This document shows positions 1 through 9,451 of a DNA stretch of 64,000 bases, one piece after another. This DNA is from an uncultured bacterium (lineage in GTDB: Bacteria; Desulfobacterota; Binatia; UBA1149; CAITLU01). Position 1 is the first letter of the stretch, and each line of letters opens with the position of its first letter. Below the pieces are notes generated by a model. It saw nothing but the letters and a program-made list of their open reading frames with translations. It was not told where the DNA came from and did not search any database. The stretch covers positions 14,402 through 78,401 of the forward strand of contig CAITLU010000031.1 of NCBI GenBank assembly GCA_903893315.1, given 5' to 3'. The translations under genes were made by a program, and so were the position numbers.

Positions 1-629
1 TGCTGTGTCCAGCCGAGGCCGGTCAGAGTCAGTAACAAGGCCGCTGCCGTCGTTCGTCCGCGCCGGGAACTCTCCAGCATCGGCGCCAGGCGCAGCGCCG
101 ACAGCGTTCCGAGAACGAACACAACCAACGCCAGGGCCGCGCCGTCTACTACCAGGCCGCGCAGACGGTAGAGCGTCTTGCCAAGACGCAGTCCTTCGTC
201 GAGACCGAGCGTCGGAACCGCCACTGCCAGGTGGACGAGCAGGCCGAGCGCCGCCCAGGTGAGCACGTACTGCCGTGTGCTGTGCGAGCGCCCGTGCAGC
301 AGTGCAGCCAGCGCTGCGCCGACGCTGCCGAGGATGAGCGCGACGCTGAGGGAACCGGGGAGCAGGGCCAGCGCATAACGCAGTTTGTCGCCGGTCGTCA
401 GTCCCGCGAAGGTGTCAGGGAGGCCTGGCACCCAGGCCGGCAAGACATGTCCCGCGAAACGTAGCTTGCAGAGGAAGTCGAAGGTCTGGCTTGTGAAGTA
501 GCTGTAGGGTGCGAGCAGGCGGTGGTGGAAGGCCAGACAGAGGGCCGCTGCTTCGATCGTCCAGGTTGCCAGTGCCAGCAGCAACAGGCCGCCCAGGCAG
601 CGCCGGAAGTTGGATAGTGATGACGACAT
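1..629 (-). CDS. Partial (runs off left edge) multi-pass membrane protein; N-terminal domain homologous to the membrane-anchored sulfatase-like protein at 43332
   Basis: Not in the ORF track. Manual translation from ATG at 629 (AAAGG upstream) is open to the edge: MSSSLSNFRRCLGGLLLLALATWTIEAAALCLAFHHRLLAPYSYFTSQTFDFLCKL... It aligns by eye with FLVAPYRFFTVQSYDAFTKL of 43332..45374. Confidence 0.8.
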   Translation of the reverse strand, partial: MSSSLSNFRRCLGGLLLLALATWTIEAAALCLAFHHRLLAPYSYFTSQTFDFLCKLRFAGHVLPAWVPGLPDTFAGLTTGDKLRYALALLPGSLSVALILGSVGAALAALLHGRSHSTRQYVLTWAALGLLVHLAVAVPTLGLDEGLRLGKTLYRLRGLVVDGAALALVVFVLGTLSALRLAPMLESSRRGRTTAAALLLTLTGLGWTQ

Positions 630-681
630 GGGAGTGCCTTTGTATTCTCGCTCGCCTCTTAACTCGACCGCCGCCTGTGTG

Positions 682-2505
682 TCAGCGCAGCGGCTTCGTC
701 GCGGCATCGCGCCCGGCATCGAGGCTTGCGCCGCGCCCGGCGCTTCGGTCCGCCGCGGGCGCGGCGCGCCGGTAGATCAATATTTCCGGGTTGAGGCTCT
801 GGATCAGGGTGCGGGGAATCCACGGCTCGACGCTAAAGCGTGCAGCTTCGCGGTAGCCGAGCGAGCCGTCGGCGAGCGCGGCGAGAAACTCGACGTTGGC
901 GCGGCGCTGATAGGTCATGACTATGCCGGCCGCGCTCTTCTTGCCTTCGATGTACCCCTGCTCCGTGTCCTCGCTCTCGTGCCAGTCCTGCTTGTACTGC
1001 ACCGAGACGCCCGACAATCCCGCTGAAGACAACACGATGAAGTCGGGGCTGCGCTTGCGGAACTCTTCGACCGTACGCGCCTCGAAATCGACGTTGTCGA
1101 CCTTGATGCTGTCCGGAAAGCGCGGAAGGTAGGTGGCGTTCTGGTAGACCTCGATGCGTGCGCCTTCGCCGGCTTCTGCCGTGATCCAGTTCTCGGCCTG
1201 GTAACGAGCGTCGCCTTTCATCATGCGATTGACGTCCCAGCCGTAGGCGAAGATGTAGAGCAGCAGGAGCGCAGCCAACGATCGCCTCCACCACGACCCG
1301 GTGCCTCTTTCCAGCAGAGTGCCGAGCGAGATTCCCGCGAACATGGTCGCGATCAGCGTGATCGGCATCAGATAGCGAAGGCTGAGCGAGAGCATCGCTC
1401 TCACGCTGACGACATAGTAGGCGAGCGCGGCCGAGAGCAGCAGGGCGGCCCAGGCAGGCCGCACGCGAAGCGCGACGATGATTCCCGCAAACGACAGCGC
1501 GGCGGTCGGCCAGCCCAGACTTTCGAGCAGGCGCGTGGCGGCTAAGCGCAGCTGGCCGAATTCAGCCGCGACGCCGTGGCCGGCGCTGAGATCGACCGGA
1601 AAGTAATAGGGTGCGTACTTGAGCGCGACTTCCGGCGGCAGTGTCTGGGTCAGAAATCCGAGGCGATGGGTGAACCCTGCGGCGTTGAAGAATACGTTGT
1701 TGGCCACCACGATCGCTGCCGCGAATGCGAGGCCGGCCTTGCACCCGCCGAGCAACCAGGCTGACGCCGGTCGGCGCTGCGCGACGAAGATGCCGACCAG
1801 GGCCAGAGGCAGACCGACGAAGACTCCGGCGGCCAGTTCCTTCGTCGACAGCGACAGCGCTGCGCCAAGGCCGAGGCAGATCCACCACAGCGGCCTGTCA
1901 CGGCCTTCCACCAGGCGGACGGTGGCGAGCAGCGCCAGCATCATCCAGAACAGGTACGGCACTTCTACGTTGGTGGTCTGTGAATAGAAGACCATCGGGT
2001 AGCACAGCGCGGTCGCGGCGGCGGCGGCGGCGGCTTTCCAATGTCCGAAACCCTTGACGACGCAGGCGTAGACCATCGTGACCACGCCGGCGCCCATCAG
2101 TGCGCTCATCAGGCGACCGATCCAGGCCAGGCGCGCCAGCACCAGCTCGGGATCGCCGAACCCGAAAGGATACTGGGACTGCAAGCCGTGCAGACCGCCG
2201 GTGGCCCAGATCCACGCGAGATAGGGAATGTATGCAGCGGTCAGTACGAAGGCGTGGAAGGGAGGGTACTTGAACCAGAACCAGCCGCTGTTCCAGCCCT
2301 CGGCTAGGAAGTTGTGGTAGACGATCGCCAGCGGTGCGCTCGGGCGCATCGCGTCGGCTGCCCAGGTTTCGTCGCCGCCCGGCAGCCCCCAGTTCAGGGC
2401 CTGGGCGAATACGATTAACGACGCCGTGTAGACCAGCACCGGCATGAGCAGGCTGGTTCGATCGTGACGCCAGGCAGTCCGCACCTGTTCGATCACGCGC
2501 GTCAT
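682..2505 (-). CDS. GT-C fold integral membrane glycosyltransferase (ArnT/PMT-like, GT39/GT83-like)
   Basis: About 10 or more hydrophobic segments, WGLP..ETWAAD first loop, KYPP motif, LSLSTKE and RYLMP motifs, soluble C-terminal domain. Start placed at MTRVIEQ (2505); the upstream extension is not protein-like. Confidence 0.8.
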   Translation of the reverse strand: MTRVIEQVRTAWRHDRTSLLMPVLVYTASLIVFAQALNWGLPGGDETWAADAMRPSAPLAIVYHNFLAEGWNSGWFWFKYPPFHAFVLTAAYIPYLAWIWATGGLHGLQSQYPFGFGDPELVLARLAWIGRLMSALMGAGVVTMVYACVVKGFGHWKAAAAAAATALCYPMVFYSQTTNVEVPYLFWMMLALLATVRLVEGRDRPLWWICLGLGAALSLSTKELAAGVFVGLPLALVGIFVAQRRPASAWLLGGCKAGLAFAAAIVVANNVFFNAAGFTHRLGFLTQTLPPEVALKYAPYYFPVDLSAGHGVAAEFGQLRLAATRLLESLGWPTAALSFAGIIVALRVRPAWAALLLSAALAYYVVSVRAMLSLSLRYLMPITLIATMFAGISLGTLLERGTGSWWRRSLAALLLLYIFAYGWDVNRMMKGDARYQAENWITAEAGEGARIEVYQNATYLPRFPDSIKVDNVDFEARTVEEFRKRSPDFIVLSSAGLSGVSVQYKQDWHESEDTEQGYIEGKKSAAGIVMTYQRRANVEFLAALADGSLGYREAARFSVEPWIPRTLIQSLNPEILIYRRAAPAADRSAGRGASLDAGRDAATKPLR

Positions 2506-2794
2506 GAAATATTCGGCGATGCGCGCACTAGCGGTTGGCGGGCGGTTTCGTGCCGGCCTCTGGAGCTCAGCATGACCGGAGCTTCCCGGCTTGTTTGGAG
2601 GCCTTCTCACGCACGGTCGGTTTCACAGTAGTCGAGTCCTCGCTTCGCGCCGGAGGACGCGGAAGATGTGCCGCGCACTGCCCGCTGTCAAGCCTGTGCT
2701 CGGGCTGCCACGGTAACGAAAACAGGCGCTTGGCCCGGCACGGCACGCGCCGCGATTTTACTCACGACGCCGCTCTCGCTAGTTCGTCGACCCC

Positions 2795-3940
2795 ATGAAG
2801 CGCACTCTTTTTTCCGAAGAACACCACCAGTTTCGCGACGCCGTGCGTCGCTTCCTTCAGACCGAGGTGACCCCCTTCCACAGCGACTGGGAGAAGCATG
2901 GCGTCGTGCCGCGATCGATATGGGAGAAGGCCGGAGCAGCCGGCTTCCTGTGCTCGTGGCTGCCCGAAGAGTACGGGGGATCGGGTGCTGACTTCCTGTA
3001 CTCGGTCGTGCTGATCGAAGAAATGGTCGTGGCGCGCGCCAGCGGTCCGATGTTCTCGCTCCACAACGACATCGTGGTTCCGTACCTCCACAGTTTCGGT
3101 AACGACGAGCAGAAGAAGCGTTGGCTTCCCGGCTGCGCCAGCGGCGAGAAGATAACCGCCATCGCCATGACCGAGCCCAACGCTGGTTCGGACCTGGCGA
3201 GCATTCAGACCACCGCGCGCCTGCAAGGCGATCACTATGTGGTCAACGGACAGAAGACGTTCATATCCAACGGCCAGCTCTGCGATCTCTGCGTCGTTGT
3301 TGCAAAGACCAACCCCGAGGCTGATCCCCCGTACACCGGCGTGTCGCTGATCGTGGTCGAAGCCGGTACGCCCGGATTCGAAAGGGGCCGCAACCTGGAA
3401 AAAATGGGCCTCAAGGCTCAGGACACTTCCGAGCTGAGTTTCAGCGACTGCGTGGTGCCGAAGGAAAACCTGCTCGGCGCCGAAGGCGCCGGCTTCTACT
3501 TCCTGATGCAGAAGCTGCAACAGGAACGTCTGGTCTGCGCGCTCGGTGCCCAGGCCGCCGCCGAAATGGTGCTCGCCGACGGCGTTCGCTACACGCAGGA
3601 ACGAAAGGCTTTCGGACGCCCGATATCCAAGCTTCAGAACACCCAGTTTCGCATCGCCGAGATGGCGACCGAAGTTGAACTGGGGCGCACCTTCATCGAC
3701 CGCTTGATTGCCGAACACGTCGCCGGCTCGGAGATCGTCAAAGAGACATCGATGGCCAAGTACTGGATCACAGAGATGTACAAGCGTACCTGTGACCAGG
3801 TGCTGCAGTTCTACGGCGGCTACGGCTACATGATGGAGTATCCGATCGCGCGCGATTATCTGGACGCGCGCATTCAGACGATCTTCGCCGGCACCAGCGA
3901 GATCATGAAGGTGATCATCGCCAAGCAGATGGGCCTGTAG
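2795..3940 (+). CDS. Acyl-CoA dehydrogenase (long-chain/LCAD-like)
   Basis: AIAMTEPNAGSDL, NGQKTFISNG, QFYGGYGYMMEYPIAR and IFAGTSEIMK motifs. Confidence 0.95.
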   Translation: MKRTLFSEEHHQFRDAVRRFLQTEVTPFHSDWEKHGVVPRSIWEKAGAAGFLCSWLPEEYGGSGADFLYSVVLIEEMVVARASGPMFSLHNDIVVPYLHSFGNDEQKKRWLPGCASGEKITAIAMTEPNAGSDLASIQTTARLQGDHYVVNGQKTFISNGQLCDLCVVVAKTNPEADPPYTGVSLIVVEAGTPGFERGRNLEKMGLKAQDTSELSFSDCVVPKENLLGAEGAGFYFLMQKLQQERLVCALGAQAAAEMVLADGVRYTQERKAFGRPISKLQNTQFRIAEMATEVELGRTFIDRLIAEHVAGSEIVKETSMAKYWITEMYKRTCDQVLQFYGGYGYMMEYPIARDYLDARIQTIFAGTSEIMKVIIAKQMGL

Positions 3941-3975
3941 GTGCTCGGGAAATAACGACCGCTGCGCGGCCCGGC

Positions 3976-4848
3976 TCAGGCGTGGCTGCGCAGCGCGGTC
4001 AGTATGTCGCGCGTCGCCCGCGACTTGTTGAGCGTGTAGAAGTGGATGCCCGGTGCGCCGCCGCCGAGCAGTTCGCGGCACTGCTCGACCGCGTACTCGA
4101 CACTCAGACGCTCTACCGCCTCGCTGTCGTCGCGATGGGGGTCCAGTAATTCGTGCAGCTCACGCGGAATCGCCGCCCCGCAACGTTGCGTGAAGCGTTC
4201 GATCTGGCCGAGGTTGGTGATCGGCATGATGCCGGCAACGATCGGCACAGTGATGCCAGCCCTGCGGGCCTTCTCGACGAAATCAAAGTACGCCGTGTTG
4301 TCGAAAAAAAGCTGGGTGATCAGAAAATCGACTCCGGCGTCGACCTTCTCGCGAAGGCGCGCGAGGTCGGCGTCGAGAGAAATCGCCTCGACGTGTTTCT
4401 CGGGGTAGCAGGCCGCGGCGACGCAGAAGTTCCGGCCCTGTGAGTGAAGAAGCGCGACCAGTTCGGTTGCGAAACGAAAACCTTGCGGGTGAGGCACGAA
4501 GCCTTCTTCTCCCACCGGCGGGTCGCCGCGCAGTGCGATGATGTTCTCAATGCCGGCCTGGTAGAGGCGGTCGAGGACGCTCAGCAGTTCTTCGCGGTCC
4601 GCGCCGACGCAGGTCAGGTGGGCCAGTGTCTCGATGCCGACCTCGTTCTTGATGTAGGAAACCAGTTCGACGGTGCGTTGGCGGGTGCTGCCGCCGGCGC
4701 CGTAGGTGACCGAGACGAAGTCGGGCGCCAACGGACGCAGTTCGGCTATCGTTGTCAGCAGCGCCCGGTCTCCGGCTTCGGTCTTCGGCGGGAAGAACTC
4801 GAAGGAGAATACCGGCGTGCCGCGCGAAAGCAGGGAACTGATCCGCAT
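3976..4848 (-). CDS. metF: 5,10-methylenetetrahydrofolate reductase
   Basis: SFEFFPPK, FVSVTYGAGGS, AHLTC, ALRGD, ITQLFFD and IHFYTLN motifs. Confidence 0.97.
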   Translation of the reverse strand: MRISSLLSRGTPVFSFEFFPPKTEAGDRALLTTIAELRPLAPDFVSVTYGAGGSTRQRTVELVSYIKNEVGIETLAHLTCVGADREELLSVLDRLYQAGIENIIALRGDPPVGEEGFVPHPQGFRFATELVALLHSQGRNFCVAAACYPEKHVEAISLDADLARLREKVDAGVDFLITQLFFDNTAYFDFVEKARRAGITVPIVAGIMPITNLGQIERFTQRCGAAIPRELHELLDPHRDDSEAVERLSVEYAVEQCRELLGGGAPGIHFYTLNKSRATRDILTALRSHA

Positions 4849-4876
4849 ACGCCGTGGTCCGATTCGAGGCCGGTAC

Positions 4877-5548
4877 CTACTTCTTGCGCGTGATCGACTC
4901 GATCACGACGTCTTCGACGGGGCGGTCCGTGAACGCGCCGCCTCTGCTGGCCTTCGGCGTGCTCGCGATCGCGTCGACGACGTCCATTCCGGAGACGACC
5001 TTGCCGAATACCGCATAACCGTAGTTCTGAGGCGCCGCGTCTTTGTGATCGAGGAAGGCGTTGTCTGCGTGGTTGATGAAGAATTGCGAGGTTGCTGAAT
5101 CAACGATGCCGGTGCGTGCCATCGCGAGCGTGCCGCGCGTGTTCTTGAGACCGTTGTCGGCCTCGTTCTTGACCGGCGGCTTGGTCGGCTTCTGCTCTCC
5201 GGTAGCGGTGAAACCGCCACCTTGAATCATGAAATTCTTGATTACGCGGTGGAAGATCGTGCCGTCGTAATAACCGCTGTCCACGTAGTCGAGAAAATTC
5301 TGGACGCTCAGCGGAGCCTTTGCCGGGTCAAGCTCGAGTTCGATCGTGCCCTTCGTGGTTTTCATCACGACCACGGGGTTCTTCGTCGCGGACGCTGCCG
5401 GTGATGCCGAACCGCCGCCGGATACGTCGGCAGTCTTATTGTTGCAGCCCGTGAGCACGGCCACGGCCAGAAGCAAGGTTGCCAGCGAGCGTCCGGTCGC
5501 AGACGCGCCGGCGCGATGGTGATGAAGAGAAGAGAAAAGTGACAACAT
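4877..5548 (-). CDS. ppiA: Cyclophilin-type peptidyl-prolyl cis-trans isomerase, probable lipoprotein
   Basis: [19 protein letters not shown] and SATSQFFIN motifs; lipobox VLTGC; GAGGAG upstream of ATG 5548. Confidence 0.9.
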   Translation of the reverse strand: MLSLFSSLHHHRAGASATGRSLATLLLAVAVLTGCNNKTADVSGGGSASPAASATKNPVVVMKTTKGTIELELDPAKAPLSVQNFLDYVDSGYYDGTIFHRVIKNFMIQGGGFTATGEQKPTKPPVKNEADNGLKNTRGTLAMARTGIVDSATSQFFINHADNAFLDHKDAAPQNYGYAVFGKVVSGMDVVDAIASTPKASRGGAFTDRPVEDVVIESITRKK

Positions 5549-5637
5549 GGGGCGAGCCTCCTCGGTACCGCCGCTGGGCGGAGCGATGGTGGATAACACG
5601 GACCTCGAGGTCGCGAAAGTCTCGCGACCTCAAGGTC

Positions 5638-6762
5638 TCACAGGCGACGTAGCTTGCGGATCAGGCTGCCCAGACGCCACACGTCCATGGGGCCGCCTCC
5701 GGTCAGCATGCCTCCCAGGTTCGAGACGATGATGTGGCGCGCGCCTGCTTCGACCAGCGGAGCGACCTCTTCACGGATCTGGCTCGGGCTGCCCGCGTAG
5801 ATCGTGGTGAGCAGCAGTTCGGCGGTCATCTCGCGCTGGGCCTTGTCGATGTCCTCTTCGGTGATGCGCGAGGGGACGATGTCGTAGAAACCTCCGAAGC
5901 CTTCGCCCAGGGGATGAGTCTTTCCCAGGGCCTTCCACGCTGCGTCGGGAGCGAGAAGTGCCATGGCGGCGCCGAGTCTGCTGCGCAGCGCAAGGTCGAT
6001 CATCTGGTCTCGGCTCTCTCCGAGTGCGACCACGATCATCTGACACGCGACGAAGTGATCGAGGTTGCGACCGACCTTGGCCGCGCCGGCGCGGATGGTG
6101 TCGAGACGGGCGCGGTACTCGGCGGGGGTGGCTTTCAGCATCGGCAGCCAGCCGTCGCCGAAACGGCCGGTAAGTTCGAGCATGCGCGGAGCGTGGGAAG
6201 CGATCCACACGCGCGGTGGCTTGCCGTCGTAAAAGGGAAGATTGAAGACCGCGTCGCGAAGCTTCCAGAACCGGCCGTCGTAGGTGACCGGGGTGCCGCC
6301 GCTTTCCCACAGCATCCGCAGGATGGTCAGGGTTTCTTCGAGGCGCGCGACCTGCTTTTCCCAAGGCAGTCCGTATGGCTCGATGTTCAATCGTTCGCCG
6401 TTGCCGATGCCGAGGATGGCGTGGCCTTTTGAAATGTGGTCGAGGGTTACGAACGATTGAGCCAGCGCCATCGGATGGCGGCGGTATGCCTCGGTTACTG
6501 CGGTGCCTACGTCGACTCCGCGCATGCGGCAGGATGCGACGGCCAGCACCTGCAACGGGTCGAAGAGCCCGTCTGGTGAATGAACCATCTTGGCGGCGGC
6601 GGTCACTTGCGTGTTCCAGACCCGAGCCGGGATGAAGCCCATGAAGTGGTCGGGAAGCCACAGCGATTCGGCGCCGAACAAGCGCGCGATGCGAAAGCCG
6701 GCGTTGGTCAGCCAAAGCGGGTGGAGTCCGGCGTCCTGGTATCCGACGGTGATGCGTCCCAT
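5638..6762 (-). CDS. LLM-class (probably F420-dependent) oxidoreductase, phthiodiolone ketoreductase (Rv2951c)-like
   Basis: WLPDH, RRHP..LAQ..VTL, ILGIGNGER.NIEPYG, HAPRML..TGRFGDGW and HPLG.GF.GF.DIVP motifs; AGGAG before ATG 6762. Confidence 0.85.
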   Translation of the reverse strand: MGRITVGYQDAGLHPLWLTNAGFRIARLFGAESLWLPDHFMGFIPARVWNTQVTAAAKMVHSPDGLFDPLQVLAVASCRMRGVDVGTAVTEAYRRHPMALAQSFVTLDHISKGHAILGIGNGERLNIEPYGLPWEKQVARLEETLTILRMLWESGGTPVTYDGRFWKLRDAVFNLPFYDGKPPRVWIASHAPRMLELTGRFGDGWLPMLKATPAEYRARLDTIRAGAAKVGRNLDHFVACQMIVVALGESRDQMIDLALRSRLGAAMALLAPDAAWKALGKTHPLGEGFGGFYDIVPSRITEEDIDKAQREMTAELLLTTIYAGSPSQIREEVAPLVEAGARHIIVSNLGGMLTGGGPMDVWRLGSLIRKLRRL

Positions 6763-6912
6763 GTCCGTACTCCTGACGGTGTGCGCGAGTGTGTTGCGCC
6801 GGCCGGCTGCTGCTGAGCCGAGTAAGACCTTGAGAGGATTCCTTTCCACGAGGTGGCGGTGGATGCAAAGATTCCGTGCCGCTGTGCGCGGGCACCGGCT
6901 GCGTCGGGATTC

Positions 6913-6941
6913 TTGACACCGTCTGGCGGCGACCGTAGCGT
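6913..6941 (+). promoter_or_regulatory. Putative sigma70 promoter for the acyl-CoA dehydrogenase at 6980
   Basis: TTGACA (6913-6918), 17 nt spacer, TAGCGT (6936-6941), about 40 nt before the start. Confidence 0.6.
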
Positions 6942-6979
6942 TTCTCGCCTTCGACTTTGATTCTGTGCAAGGAGTGACG

Positions 6980-8644
6980 ATGAGCGATCGAGAAGTTCCG
7001 CAGGTTTGCATCGAGGACGTTGACGCTTTGGTGCGAGATCTCGACGAAGTCGTCGGAGAGACGATCGCGGCGGCGTCGCGCCGCACCGACGGAGGCAAGG
7101 ATATCGACGCTTGTCAGGTTCACGCCGAACGCGTCGCCTATGCTGCTACCGAGGTGCTTGCGGCCAAGGCTCTCGCGCAGTACGCACGCGAAACCGCTGC
7201 CGCAGGAGTGGATGCCGGGATTCTCTCGGACCAAGCCGCGGTGTTTGCGGGGGAAATTGCCGCCAAACTGCTCGGACAACTGGCGCTGGCCGGCGACGAG
7301 TTCGCCCTGCCGTCCGGACTGGTGGAGAGGACCATCGGCAGCGCGGCGTCGCGCTCTCGTATTCAGCTTTTCGCACACGAGGCGAGGGTGCGCGCGATCG
7401 GCCGGCACGCGGCCGACAGCCGCGGCGTGAACAACGCCTGGTTGCCCGAAGAAGATGCGGTGATGGTGCGGGATTCAGTGCGGGCTTTTGCGACGCGCGA
7501 GGTCGCGCCGCTCGCGCAGCACATCCACACAAAGGACGAATTAGTGCCGGATTCGCTGATATCGGCGATGGCGGGGATGGGCTACTTCGGCATGTCCGCG
7601 CCCGAGCAGTACGGCGGTCTGGGCATGGGAAATCTCGCGATGATCGTCACGACCGAGGAGCTGTCTCGGGTGTCGTTGGCTGCTGCCGGTTCTCTGATCA
7701 CGCGTCCCGAGATCCTCACCAAGGCCTTGCTCAAGGGCGGAACCGAAGAGCAGAAGCGCAAGTGGCTGGGACCGGTCGCTGCCGGCGAGTTGATGGTCGG
7801 CATTGCGGTGACCGAACCGGACACGGGGTCTGACGTGGCTTCCGTGGCATGCCGTGCCGAGCGCGCGGAGGTCGGCGGTCGTCCCGGATGGCTGATCAAC
7901 GGCGCCAAGGCCTGGTGTACTTTTGCCGGCCGCGCCAACGTGCTGGCGCTGCTGGCACGCACGGACCCTGACCCGAAGTCCGGAGCGCGCGGCCTTTCGC
8001 TGTTCATCGTCGAAAAGTCGGCCTTCTACGGACACGAATTCGAGATGCGCCAGAGCGGTGGCGGAGTTCTGCACGGCAAGGCGGACGCGACTCCCGGTTA
8101 CCGGGGCATGCACTCCTACACGCTTTCCTTCGACAACTACTTCGTCGATGGCGACAACCTGATCGGAGGCGAGAAGGAGCTTAACCGAGGGTTCTATCTT
8201 CAGATGAATGGTTTTGCGGCGGGGCGCCTGCAGACCGGTGGTCGCGCGGCGGGCCTGGCACAGGCGGCTCTGGAGGCTGCGGCCTGCTATGCGGTGGACC
8301 GTCGGCAGTTCGGGAGCCCGCTGATCGGCTTCCAGCTCACCCAGTTCAAACTGGGGCGGATGGCTACCTGCGTTCAGGCTGCGCGCCAGATCAGCTACCT
8401 CGGCGCTCGGGCGATGGACGTGGACGAGACCATTTCGCTCGAGCCGGCGATGGCCAAGTTGCTGGCCTGCGATGTGGCGGTTTCGGTGACGCAGGAAGGC
8501 CAGCTCATCCACGGTGGCTGGGGGTACGCCGAGGAGTATCCGATCTCGCGCTACGTGGTCGATGCCACGGTCCTTCCTATCTTCGAGGGAGTGAAGCCGA
8601 TCCTCGAACTCAAGGTCATCGCCCGCCAGCTGCTGGCCGGCTGA
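6980..8644 (+). CDS. Acyl-CoA dehydrogenase with long N-terminal extension, (2S)-methylsuccinyl-CoA dehydrogenase-like
   Basis: TEPDTGSD, GYRGM, IHGGWGYAEEYPISR and IFEG motifs; ~160 aa extension before the core; AAGGAG before ATG 6980. Confidence 0.88.
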   Translation: MSDREVPQVCIEDVDALVRDLDEVVGETIAAASRRTDGGKDIDACQVHAERVAYAATEVLAAKALAQYARETAAAGVDAGILSDQAAVFAGEIAAKLLGQLALAGDEFALPSGLVERTIGSAASRSRIQLFAHEARVRAIGRHAADSRGVNNAWLPEEDAVMVRDSVRAFATREVAPLAQHIHTKDELVPDSLISAMAGMGYFGMSAPEQYGGLGMGNLAMIVTTEELSRVSLAAAGSLITRPEILTKALLKGGTEEQKRKWLGPVAAGELMVGIAVTEPDTGSDVASVACRAERAEVGGRPGWLINGAKAWCTFAGRANVLALLARTDPDPKSGARGLSLFIVEKSAFYGHEFEMRQSGGGVLHGKADATPGYRGMHSYTLSFDNYFVDGDNLIGGEKELNRGFYLQMNGFAAGRLQTGGRAAGLAQAALEAAACYAVDRRQFGSPLIGFQLTQFKLGRMATCVQAARQISYLGARAMDVDETISLEPAMAKLLACDVAVSVTQEGQLIHGGWGYAEEYPISRYVVDATVLPIFEGVKPILELKVIARQLLAG

Positions 8645-8845
8645 CCGGATCCGAGACAGCCCGAGGAGACCTCGCGGTCCGATGCCGGGTCGGGACGGAC
8701 CGAGGACGCGGGTGGTTTGAGACCTGAACGCTGACGCTGCGGTTCCCGTACGTTCGTGTACGCGGATGTCCGCGACGGTGCATCCGGCTTTCCCGTAACA
8801 AAAAATACTGCTTGCTATTTCGATAGTTTGCCTCGCGCGCAGGCG

Positions 8846-8861
8846 TGGCAGCCGGCTTGCA
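8846..8861 (+). promoter_or_regulatory. sigma54 (-24/-12) promoter
   Basis: TGGCAGCCGGCTTGCA: GG-N10-GC spacing matching TGGCAC-N5-TTGCW. Preceded by an AT-rich tract (~8796-8830) and 50 nt upstream of the ATG at 8911. Confidence 0.7.
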
Positions 8862-8910
8862 TTGTTGACGCCGTGGGCGGCCCGAGGCCGCACTGGAGGA
8901 GGCGAGGACG

Positions 8911-9324
8911 ATGGGAAAGTTCGGCAACAGGAATGAAGCGAATACGGTGGGTCGCGCGGGAACTGCCAAGGCGACGGCGGGGGCGGCGTCCCGGGTCGAT
9001 GCCGCCAAGGAGCGCTTCACGCGCACGCGAGTTCGATCGTTTCTGGCTGGCGGGCAACAGGAAGTTAACGAGGAGGACAGCGTTTCGCGGACGCCGGAGC
9101 GGGCTCTCATGCTTGCCGTGCTCGAGGACGCGATTGCCTGCTATGCCGGTCGCCTCAAGGCCCCACGCGAAAACCCGCTGATCCTGCGCCGACAGGCCCA
9201 GCACTGGCTGGTCAGTGACGACTGGGAGTCGCCGTTTTCCTTCAACAACGTCTGCGACTCTTTGGCGTTGGACCCAACCTCGCTGCGCTCACGCATTCTG
9301 GTTGATCCGCCCGCCCAGCGCTGA
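8911..9324 (+). CDS. Conserved hypothetical protein (PER.LMLAVLEDAI...W..SDD...PFSF.N.C..L.LDP..LR family)
   Basis: Strong GGAGGAGG SD; the motif pattern matches a small-protein family I recall as common in Binatia-like genomes. Confidence 0.8.
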   Translation: MGKFGNRNEANTVGRAGTAKATAGAASRVDAAKERFTRTRVRSFLAGGQQEVNEEDSVSRTPERALMLAVLEDAIACYAGRLKAPRENPLILRRQAQHWLVSDDWESPFSFNNVCDSLALDPTSLRSRILVDPPAQR

Positions 9325-9451
9325 GAACCTGCGGGACCTCTCGTCGGGGTCAAAGGCTTGCAAATTCGCCGGATTCCCGGTTACCTTCCCGGCACTGATG
9401 CAAGAGTGCCGGTGCCCCGGGAAGAAGGGGCTGGGAGCAGGGAAGTCGGTG

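Noticed and set aside
8645-8710. GC-rich hairpins after the acyl-CoA dehydrogenase (CGAGG-AGA-CCTCG; CGGTCCG...CGGACCG) as an intrinsic terminator
   Set aside because: No U-tract, and such pairings are common by chance at this GC content.
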